Assembly (NCBI GenBank): GCA_963845185.1
Contig: CAWJRG010000009.1
Span: 608,001-672,000, forward strand
From: an uncultured bacterium
GTDB taxonomy: Bacteria > Oederibacteriota > PGYV01 > CAWJRG01
Length of the DNA stretch: 64,000 nucleotides
Direction of reading: 5' to 3'
In this document: positions 51,729 through 59,682 of the stretch, piece after piece
Numbering within the stretch: position 1 is the stretch's first letter
Layout: every line of letters starts with the position of its first letter
Translations under genes and position numbers: made by a program
The notes under the pieces: generated by a model
What the model was told of the DNA's origin: nothing
Seen by the model: the letters and a program-made list of their open reading frames with translations, nothing else
Databases searched by the model: none

Positions 51729-53630
51729 ATGGACGGGAAATCGGAAGACGTGCTAAAAGACAGGATAAAAGAGCTGAAAAAGCTGTTCCCTGAAGCGGTG
51801 ACAGAGGGGAAAGTAGACCTCGAGATGCTCAAGGCAACACTCGGCGGGGAGATAAATACAGACAACGAGCGGTATGTGCTGAACTGGGCCGGGAAAGCAG
51901 AGGCTTTCCGCGTACTGCAGACGCCCACCACGGCCACGCTCGCGCTTGCGGAAAAAGAATCAATAAATTTTAACAATACTGAAAATATTTTTATCGAGGG
52001 GGAAAATCTTGAAGTCTTAAAAATCCTGCAAAAATCATATTACGGCAAAATAAAGATGATATATATAGACCCGCCGTATAATACCGGAAGCGACAGCTTC
52101 ATATATCCCGATAAGTTCGCGGAAAGCAAGGATGAATATTTGAAAAGGATAGGGGAAAAAGACGAGGAAGGATACCTGCTGAAAGAGGGGCTTTTCAGGA
52201 AAAACAGCAAGGAAAACGGCCAGTTCCACAGCGTGTGGCTGTCCATGATGTACCCGCGCCTTTTCCTCGCCCGCAACCTGCTCCGCGACGACGGCGTGAT
52301 ATTCATTTCCATAGACGACAACGAAGTGCATAATTTAAGAATGATGATGAATGAGATTTTTGGTGAGGAGAATTTTGTTGCTGTTTTTCCATGGCGCAAA
52401 AGGACAGCAAAAAGTGATGTACCATTTGGCGTTTCACAGGATTTTGAATGGATATTAATGTATGGGAAAGGTGATTTTTGGGCTGGATATTCCCTAGAAC
52501 GCAAATATTACAAATCAAAAGATTATAAAGACGGATGGAGACTAGCCGATTTAACAACACAAAGAACAAAGGAAGAACGACCTAATTCATTTTTCACCAT
52601 GATAAATCCAAAAGATAAGAAGAAGTACGAAGCCAATCCAAACAGAGTTTGGGGAGTTACCAAAGAAACTTTCAAAGATTACTATGAAAAAGGAAAAATT
52701 GTATTCCCGGGAGATTATGATTTTTTAAATATTTCAATACCTGCATTTAGAGTTTTTGAAAGCGAAGATAAGGAAAAGAATCTTAAAAAATTCGGTTCGG
52801 AAGAAGCTTTCCGAACGGTATCAACTTTATTACCTCCGGATATTGGCAGGACAGAGGACGGCACTAAAGAAATTACCGAACTTTTTCAGAGTAAAGTATT
52901 CTCATTTCCTAAACCACAATCATTAATTAAGTATTTGATTAGCATAATACCTGAAAACGATTTTACGATTTTAGATTTTTTTGTCGGATCGGGAACAACC
53001 GCACATGCAACTTTTGAACTCAATAAAGAAGATGGCGGACAACGTAATTTTATTTGTATTCAATTACCGGAAAAGACAACAGAAGACACTGAAGCACTTA
53101 AAGAAGGATATAAAACTATCGCTGAAATCGGTAAAGAGCGCATACGCAGGGTAATAAAGAAAATAAAGGAAGAAAAGAAAAGCAATCCTGACCTTTTTTC
53201 CAAAGACAAGCCTGAACTTGACCTTGGATTTAAGGTATTCAAACTTAAAGAATCAAACTTTAAAGTCTGGCGGAGTGATGTGGTGGAGAATGAAAAGGAT
53301 TTAAACAGGCAGATGGAGATATTCCAGGAGCCTGTCAAACCAGGCGCGGAAATGAATAATATGATGTGGGAACTGCTGGTAAAAAACGGGTATGAACTGA
53401 CGACAAAGGTAGAAGAACGGGAACTCGCCAAATGCCCGTGTTTCGTCGTCGCCGAAGGCGAACTTATTGTCTGCCTCTCCAAACTCACTGAAACCGCAGT
53501 CAAAGAGATTTTGAAGCTGAAACCAAAGAAAGTCATCTGCCTTGACTCTCTCTTTGAGCGTAACGATAAGCTGAAAACCAACACCGCCCTGCAAATGAAA
53601 GACGCAGGGGTGGAGTTGAAGACGATATGA
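51729..53630 (+). CDS. mod: Type III RM methyltransferase subunit
   Basis: ERYVLNWAGK, IYIDPPYNTG, DFFVGSGTT, DLGFKVFKL. Confidence 0.95.
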   Translation: MDGKSEDVLKDRIKELKKLFPEAVTEGKVDLEMLKATLGGEINTDNERYVLNWAGKAEAFRVLQTPTTATLALAEKESINFNNTENIFIEGENLEVLKILQKSYYGKIKMIYIDPPYNTGSDSFIYPDKFAESKDEYLKRIGEKDEEGYLLKEGLFRKNSKENGQFHSVWLSMMYPRLFLARNLLRDDGVIFISIDDNEVHNLRMMMNEIFGEENFVAVFPWRKRTAKSDVPFGVSQDFEWILMYGKGDFWAGYSLERKYYKSKDYKDGWRLADLTTQRTKEERPNSFFTMINPKDKKKYEANPNRVWGVTKETFKDYYEKGKIVFPGDYDFLNISIPAFRVFESEDKEKNLKKFGSEEAFRTVSTLLPPDIGRTEDGTKEITELFQSKVFSFPKPQSLIKYLISIIPENDFTILDFFVGSGTTAHATFELNKEDGGQRNFICIQLPEKTTEDTEALKEGYKTIAEIGKERIRRVIKKIKEEKKSNPDLFSKDKPELDLGFKVFKLKESNFKVWRSDVVENEKDLNRQMEIFQEPVKPGAEMNNMMWELLVKNGYELTTKVEERELAKCPCFVVAEGELIVCLSKLTETAVKEILKLKPKKVICLDSLFERNDKLKTNTALQMKDAGVELKTI

Positions 53631-54442
53631 AGGAGTTAATAAATATAGTAAATACGAAATATAAAGAATTTGATATAAATAAATTAGATTATAATAAACC
53701 GTATTTTATTGTTTCTCCAAAAGACGATCTGGAAGGAATAATTTTGGAGAATGAAACAATTATGTTAAAATATAAAGAAATGTTTTCGTTTAAAATGCCA
53801 ACTGGTAATATTTGTAATTTAAGACAATGGATAATTTTATATAACAAAGATATAAACGATATAACATATTTTAGAAATTATTTCTATGATAACAATTGTA
53901 ATCCATATGCAATAGCTATGCTGTTTAAATATTTGCGTTATAATGTTAAAGAATTAACAAATTTAACGCAATTTCCACCATTGAATTTTAAAAAAACTAA
54001 AGAAGAACAATCAAATGCAATGGATCTTGTTATACAAAAGGCTGAACCTTCGGATTTAATATTTGTATATGATAGAAAAAGTGGAATTTCTAAGTATATT
54101 AGAAAAATAGATAGATGTATGTGGTCGCATTGCGGGGGAATCAATATGAATAAAGAAATTATTGAAATGACAACTGCCGGAATTAGAAGGGGTAGTTTTG
54201 AAGAATATAGAAATGAAAATATAGATTTAGGATTGTATAGATTGAAACAACAAATTTCATTTGAGAGTAAGGAAAAGATGCATGATTTTTCAGAAGATAA
54301 ATTAAGGAAACAAACAAGATATAACTGGAAGGGTGTTGTTAAACTTTATTTGAAAAAGAAATTTAAAATTCCTATTGACGCAGGTCCGTCCCCGGCGGAT
54401 ATAATATACGGTAATAAATTGCAATTAATTGCATATGCATAA
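53627..54442 (+). CDS. Protein with C-terminal permuted papain-like (YiiX/YaeF-like) domain
   Basis: EPSDLIF...WSHCG...IIEMT..GI...GLYRL...YNW...SPADI; ATGA overlap with mod. Confidence 0.6.
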   Translation: MKELINIVNTKYKEFDINKLDYNKPYFIVSPKDDLEGIILENETIMLKYKEMFSFKMPTGNICNLRQWIILYNKDINDITYFRNYFYDNNCNPYAIAMLFKYLRYNVKELTNLTQFPPLNFKKTKEEQSNAMDLVIQKAEPSDLIFVYDRKSGISKYIRKIDRCMWSHCGGINMNKEIIEMTTAGIRRGSFEEYRNENIDLGLYRLKQQISFESKEKMHDFSEDKLRKQTRYNWKGVVKLYLKKKFKIPIDAGPSPADIIYGNKLQLIAYA

Positions 54443-54484
54443 TAGTTATATATCCATATCGCTCTTTGAACAAATCAATGAAGA

Positions 54485-54781
54485 GTGAGGTTGCGGACAA
54501 TGATTGAAAGAGAAGATTTAAAGGATATTAAAAATACAGTTGCTCATTTAAATGATTTAGCTAAAGTTTTTCACAAATTTAATGTAGAAGATTGGTCAAT
54601 ATTATGGTATGCCCGTAATAAACGCGCTGGTGAAAGTCTTGAAAATCTATACTTTGTAAAAGATAAGGATTTCATTAATGCTGTTGAAAGTGTTTATCGT
54701 GAAGGAAGACAAATAGCCGTAGATTTATCATATGATTTACCGCTCATTGATCAAATCGAAGTTTTCCCTAAGATATTCTAA
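54485..54781 (+). CDS. Hypothetical ORF, possibly the frameshifted 5' part of the TIR gene
   Basis: Overlaps 54732-55745 in another frame; no clear RBS. Confidence 0.4.
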   Translation: MRLRTMIEREDLKDIKNTVAHLNDLAKVFHKFNVEDWSILWYARNKRAGESLENLYFVKDKDFINAVESVYREGRQIAVDLSYDLPLIDQIEVFPKIF

Positions 54782-55745
54782 TTATTTAGATCATATGAAT
54801 AATTATTTTGACTTAGTTGATAAAATTGCACCCGAATTTTTAAAATGGGAACAAATAATTAATGCGAAAAGGGATTATGAAGTAGATTATGGCGCGATTG
54901 ACGATATGATAAAACTTTTTAAAGCACAGTTAAATTTAATAAAGGGTTTAAAAAATGATTTTGAAAATATTAAGAACTCAGAAAGATTTAAAATTGAAAA
55001 CGATTCAAAAATAATTGAAAATGTACAAAATACAAATCAAAATAATAAATCTTTAATTTTTATAAGTTATAATGTAATTGATAAAGTAATTGCGGGTGAA
55101 ATATTTGACTTTTTGAATACTTTTTTTGAAGTTTTTTTAGCTCATGAAAAAATTAAATCCGGCGTTGATTGGCAAGAGGAGATAATACTTAATTTACAAA
55201 AAGCAGATATATTTATGCCTATTATAACTAAATCATTCAAACAGTCGGATTGGACTGATCAAGAATGCGGAATTGCATATTTATTAGCAAATTTAAAAAA
55301 CACAAAAATACTTCCGCTTAATAAACCACAATCACATAAAAAAAATCTTCCATATGGATTTATAAGTAAATTTCAATCTTTTCCTTTTACTGATATGAAA
55401 AAACAAGAAGAGCAGATTGAATTTTTTGCAAAATTATTAGAATTAATCAATAAAAACGAAAAAAAACGTTTATTTGATTTGCTTGTTTTAAAACTTACAG
55501 GATGCAATACAAAAAACGACTGTACAAAATATACAAGAATGCTATTACACTTTGATATAACAGAATATAGACTTAATAAGATTTTTGAAGCTTTTAGCAT
55601 GGATATTAGTAAAAAATATTCTAAAAGTATAATAAAAATATTTGAGGATTTTATTAAAAACAAACATATCGAATTTTTAGATAAATTTAAAAAATTCAAA
55701 GCTTCTATTTTTAAACAAATTAGCATAAAAAATGGTAAAACATGA
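54732..55745 (+). CDS. TIR-domain protein
   Basis: IFISY...VFLAHEKIKSGVDWQEEI...SDWTDQECGIA with the catalytic-position Glu. Confidence 0.85.
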   Translation: MIYRSLIKSKFSLRYSNYLDHMNNYFDLVDKIAPEFLKWEQIINAKRDYEVDYGAIDDMIKLFKAQLNLIKGLKNDFENIKNSERFKIENDSKIIENVQNTNQNNKSLIFISYNVIDKVIAGEIFDFLNTFFEVFLAHEKIKSGVDWQEEIILNLQKADIFMPIITKSFKQSDWTDQECGIAYLLANLKNTKILPLNKPQSHKKNLPYGFISKFQSFPFTDMKKQEEQIEFFAKLLELINKNEKKRLFDLLVLKLTGCNTKNDCTKYTRMLLHFDITEYRLNKIFEAFSMDISKKYSKSIIKIFEDFIKNKHIEFLDKFKKFKASIFKQISIKNGKT

Positions 55746-55796
55746 AACTACATTTTGATTCCAATCAGGCATATCAATTAGAGGCGGCTGGAAAAG
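55742..55796 (+). repeat. res 5' stub 1 (45 bp) plus GCTGGAAAAG tail
   Basis: Encodes MKLHFDSNQAYQLEA; 39/45 identical to 59679-59723. Confidence 0.92.
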
Positions 55797-55956
55797 ACCG
55801 TGGTGAGTGCGACGTGGGACGTGGAACGGAAAATATAAACATTCGGAATTCGGGATTTGGAATTTGGTATTCGGGATTTGGGATTTGAAAGACACATTCA
55901 GCGTTTGGTATTCAAGAATTTGAATCCGGAATTCCAAATGCAGAATCGGAGTTACA

Positions 55957-57399
55957 ATGACAAAAAAGGAATTAATCAATAAAATCCAGGACATAGAGTG
56001 GGAGGATTTTGAAGTAAAAGAGGCAGCGGGAGGTTTGCCTAAATCCTCATGGGAGACTGTGAGCGCTTTTGCGAATACCGCCGGCGGGTGGATTGTATTC
56101 GGAGTTTCCGGCATGGGCTCAAAATACGCGATTACCGGAGTGGATAAGCCCGGGAAACTGGAGCAGGACTTTTTAAACACCCTTCGCGGGGATAAATTTA
56201 ACAGGAAAATCAGCGTTAAGTGCAAAAAATATAAAATTGAGGATAAAACCGTACTGGGATTTTACGTACCTTCGGCGCAGGGCAAAGACAAGCCGGTCTA
56301 TTTTAATTCCAAGGCAAATACTTTCATAAGGACAGGAAGCGGCGACCAGCGGGCGACAAGCGAAGAGATAGACGCCATGTACAGGAACTCTTCTTTCGAC
56401 AAAAAAGACGAGCAGCCGACGCGCTTTACGATAAAAAGCCTTGATGCCCGTACGATAGAACGCTTCAGGACATATCTGAAAAACATAAATCCCGGGCACA
56501 GATATAACAGCTTAAAAAATGAGGAATTTCTTGAAAAGCTGAGGGCGGTTTCACGGGGCAGGGTGACAATAGGCGGGCTTTTGTTTTTTGGGAAAGAAGA
56601 AAGCATAAGCGAATATGCGCCGGATTTCAGGATAGATTATCTGGAGATTTCCGGGACATCATACGGGGACGCGCCGGAACGCTACAGCTACAGGCTTCCT
56701 GAGGAAATCAATATTTTTAATTATTATTTCGCCGTAATGGACAGGCTGATGAGAAAAATAGATATTCCTTTCAAACTCAAAGGAATGGCAAGGGACGAAA
56801 ACCCGCCGCAGTTGACCGCGATAAGGGAAGCGCTTGTAAACCTGCTGATGCACAGCGATTATTTCAGCGGCGCAAAGCCGAGGATAAGGGTATTCACCGA
56901 CAGGATAGAGTTCTTTAATCCAGGCTCTTTGCCGAAAGAGATAAAATACATTTTAAAGGAAGATTTTTCGCTTCCGAGAAACCCGACCATAGCCAGGTCG
57001 TTCAGGATGGTACAGCTTGCCGAAAGCATAGGCTCGGGATTTTATAAAATGATAAACGGCTGGAAATCCTACTACAAAATAAAACCTGAAATAACAGGCG
57101 ATTTTGATTATTATAAAATCGTATTTAAATTTGAATCCGCGGCTGATGATGCTGTAAATGTCCCTGTAAATGTCCCTGTAAATGCCCCTGTAAATGCCCC
57201 TGTAAATGCCCCTGTAAAAAGATTGGAAATGATAGTAGAACAAATGAAAGTTAACGACAGGATAACATTTGTGCAATTAGCAAAGTTTCTTAAGGTAGAT
57301 GTGACTACAATAAGGCGAAATGTCTCAAAATTGAAAAATGAGGGGCGAATAAGGAGAATAGGGCCGGATAAGAACGGAAGATGGGAAGTGCTTAAATGA
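55957..57399 (+). CDS. AlbA_2 (Schlafen-like) + HATPase_c_4 + HTH protein
   Basis: ETVSAFANTAGGWIVFGV, AIREALVNLLMHSDY, C-terminal RIGPDKNGRW; 12-bp tandem repeats at 57152-57218 (VN[V/A]P). Confidence 0.88.
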   Translation: MTKKELINKIQDIEWEDFEVKEAAGGLPKSSWETVSAFANTAGGWIVFGVSGMGSKYAITGVDKPGKLEQDFLNTLRGDKFNRKISVKCKKYKIEDKTVLGFYVPSAQGKDKPVYFNSKANTFIRTGSGDQRATSEEIDAMYRNSSFDKKDEQPTRFTIKSLDARTIERFRTYLKNINPGHRYNSLKNEEFLEKLRAVSRGRVTIGGLLFFGKEESISEYAPDFRIDYLEISGTSYGDAPERYSYRLPEEINIFNYYFAVMDRLMRKIDIPFKLKGMARDENPPQLTAIREALVNLLMHSDYFSGAKPRIRVFTDRIEFFNPGSLPKEIKYILKEDFSLPRNPTIARSFRMVQLAESIGSGFYKMINGWKSYYKIKPEITGDFDYYKIVFKFESAADDAVNVPVNVPVNAPVNAPVNAPVKRLEMIVEQMKVNDRITFVQLAKFLKVDVTTIRRNVSKLKNEGRIRRIGPDKNGRWEVLK

Positions 57400-57450
57400 A
57401 ATTACATTTTGATGCCAATCAGGCATATCAATTAGAGGCGGCTAGAAAAG
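57396..57450 (+). repeat. res 5' stub 2 (45 bp) plus GCTAGAAAAG tail
   Basis: Encodes MKLHFDANQAYQLEA; 43/45 identical to stub 1 and 39/45 to res. Confidence 0.92.
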
Positions 57451-57503
57451 CAGGGGTAAGGGGGAAGGGTGGAACAGATAAAAGCGGGGGAAGTGGTAAG
57501 GGG

Positions 57504-57523
57504 CCCTTCGACAGGCTCAGGAT
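57504..57523. repeat. CTTCGACAGGCTCAGG-type REP-like unit; relatives at about 1428-1447, 16224-16248, 48638-48670 and 58497-58517
   Basis: Shared CCTGAGC....(T/C)CGAAGG core in either orientation. Confidence 0.6.
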
Positions 57524-57635
57524 GAAGAAAAGCAGTGGTAAGTGGGGATGGGAAGAGAAAGAAGTTTCTGGTTTCAAGTTTCTGGGTATTGAAAAGATAT
57601 TTGCTGTGACATAAATTACAGATAAAATAATAGAT

Positions 57636-57790
57636 ACCCCACGGCTAAAGCCGTGGTACTGTAGTCCTACGACTTCGTCGTCGGACTCTTAACAAAGGGC
57701 TAACGCCCTTTGAAACCTCTCAGCAAGGTTGGATGTTTGATTTTAGTCTGCGTTCATTCAACCACGGGCAAGCCCGTGGTCTTCTGAACG
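57636..57790. mobile_element. Non-coding IS200/IS605-like miniature element
   Basis: CCACGGCTAAAGCCGTGG and CCACGGGCAAGCCCGTGG hairpins bracketing about 110 bp without an ORF. Confidence 0.6.
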
Positions 57791-57819
57791 CATTTCTGAT
57801 AAACTAACGGAGTAAAACA

Positions 57820-58344
57820 ATGGAAAAACAACAGTTTGAAAAGCTCGATAAGCTTGCGGACAGGATATGCGATAAATTCGCGGAGCTGGATAAAAAGGGC
57901 GCGTTTTCCGGAATAGAAGAGGAAATGAATAAAATTTGCTCTGAACTGCCGGAGAAATACGACATCACATTCCGGTTTACGCTTGGTATCTTCGACGAGG
58001 AAAAAGAAAATGAGATTCAGCTTCTTGAAACAGGCATAAGCTGTTTCGGGCAAAATACCGCGTACCGCCTGCAGGGCACGGGGTCAACGCCCCATTCATA
58101 CCTCGTAAACGGCAAAATATCAAAAATTCCGCATGATTATTGCCCTGCATGCTGGGGCCGGTGGGATTTTAAGCTGAAAAATAAAACATGCCCTGGGTGC
58201 GGGGCAGTGATGGGCAAGGAAGTAAAACTCATGCTCGACTCGGACGTCTGCCCGTCATGCGAAGACGGCAAAATCACGCGGAACAACCCGAAATGCGGCA
58301 AGTGCGGGTTTGAAGTGGACGGAACTACGGTATACTGGGGATGA
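57820..58344 (+). CDS. Hypothetical protein with four CxxC motifs (double zinc ribbon)
   Basis: CPAC, CPGC, CPSC, CGKC; GGAG RBS. Confidence 0.75.
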   Translation: MEKQQFEKLDKLADRICDKFAELDKKGAFSGIEEEMNKICSELPEKYDITFRFTLGIFDEEKENEIQLLETGISCFGQNTAYRLQGTGSTPHSYLVNGKISKIPHDYCPACWGRWDFKLKNKTCPGCGAVMGKEVKLMLDSDVCPSCEDGKITRNNPKCGKCGFEVDGTTVYWG

Positions 58345-58611
58345 CGCCGCGTAGCGGCGAGAGATTTGAACAGTAGAAAGGTGAATTGAAGACAGTGGTA
58401 AGTGATAGAGATAAGGGGGAAGTGGTAAGGGGTATGGGGCAGAAGAGCAAGTTTCTGGGGTTTCTGGTTTCTAAATGAGGAAAAATGAGCGAAAGAATCC
58501 TGCGACAGGCTCAGGACTAACAAGTAAAAGCGTGCGGCAGAAAGAACAGGAAAAGGCCGATTCAGTTATCCGGAATTTCCGGAATACTGATGTTTATGAG
58601 GAGCGTGAAAC

Positions 58612-59682
58612 ATGAATGAAAAAAGCGGGCTGCCCGCGAAAACAGAGTTTCTTTTATACACGACAGAGGACGGGAAAACAAGAATCCAGACCCGCATGCA
58701 GAATGAGACTGTGTGGCTGACACAGCAGATGATGGCGGATTTATTCCGGACTACAAAGCAGAATATCAGTTTGCATATTCAAAATATATTAAAAGAGGGC
58801 GAATTGGGCGAGGGGGCAACTGTCAAGGATTTCTTGACAGTTCAAAATGAGGGCGGAAGGGATATCAAAAGAAACATAGAATATTATAATCTCGACATGA
58901 TTATATCCGTCGGATACCGCGTAAAAAGCGTCATAGCCACGCAATTCCGCATATGGGCCACGCAAAGGCTGAAAGAGTATATCATAAAGGGATTTACCAT
59001 GGACGACGACAAACTGAAGCAGGCAGGCGGCGGGAACTATTTCGAAGAACTGCTCGCCCGCATACGGGATATAAGGTCTTCGGAAAAAATATTCTGGCGC
59101 AAGGTGCTGGATATATACGCCACAAGCATTGACTATAACCCGGATATTGATTTATCAAAGCAGTTTTTCGCGACAATACAGAATAAAATGCACTGGGCGG
59201 CCCACGGGCGGACCGCAGCTGAAGTTATCTACGGCAGGGCCGACGCCGCAAAACAAAACATGGGGCTGACAAACTGGGTAGGCGCGGGCATACGAAAGGA
59301 AGAGACTGAAATCGCCAAAAATTACCTTAACGAAAAAGAACTGGATATGCTGAACAGGATAGTGACGGCTTATCTTGAGTTTGCCGAGGTCCAGGCCTTG
59401 AACCGCAGGCCCATGACAATGAAAGACTGGATAGCCAAGCTGGATGATTTTTTAAAGCTTTCAGGCAGGGATATACTGACGCACGCAGGGACAATAAGCC
59501 ATGATAAAGCCCTGAAAAAAGCCCATGAGGAGTACGAAAAATACAGGGCGGCGCGGATGGACGCGCCGTCTGAGGCTGAAAAGGATTTTCTGGAAGCGGA
59601 AAAAGAAATAAAAAGAATTGAGAAAACGGCAAAGAATAAAAAAATAAAAAATTCAAAAAAGAAGAACAAAGGGAAAAGATGA
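58612..59682 (+). CDS. RhuM family protein
   Basis: TVWLTQ, YNLDMIISVGYRV, QFRIWAT, QNKMHWA, AKNYL. Confidence 0.92.
   Translation: MNEKSGLPAKTEFLLYTTEDGKTRIQTRMQNETVWLTQQMMADLFRTTKQNISLHIQNILKEGELGEGATVKDFLTVQNEGGRDIKRNIEYYNLDMIISVGYRVKSVIATQFRIWATQRLKEYIIKGFTMDDDKLKQAGGGNYFEELLARIRDIRSSEKIFWRKVLDIYATSIDYNPDIDLSKQFFATIQNKMHWAAHGRTAAEVIYGRADAAKQNMGLTNWVGAGIRKEETEIAKNYLNEKELDMLNRIVTAYLEFAEVQALNRRPMTMKDWIAKLDDFLKLSGRDILTHAGTISHDKALKKAHEEYEKYRAARMDAPSEAEKDFLEAEKEIKRIEKTAKNKKIKNSKKKNKGKR

Noticed and set aside
51729..51900. Phase-variable mod (phasevarion)
   Set aside because: No simple-sequence repeat tract is visible in or before the 5' end of mod.
57396..57614. 72-aa ORF as a real protein
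   Set aside because: Only the first 15 codons are res-derived; the rest is read-through of repeat-rich spacer.
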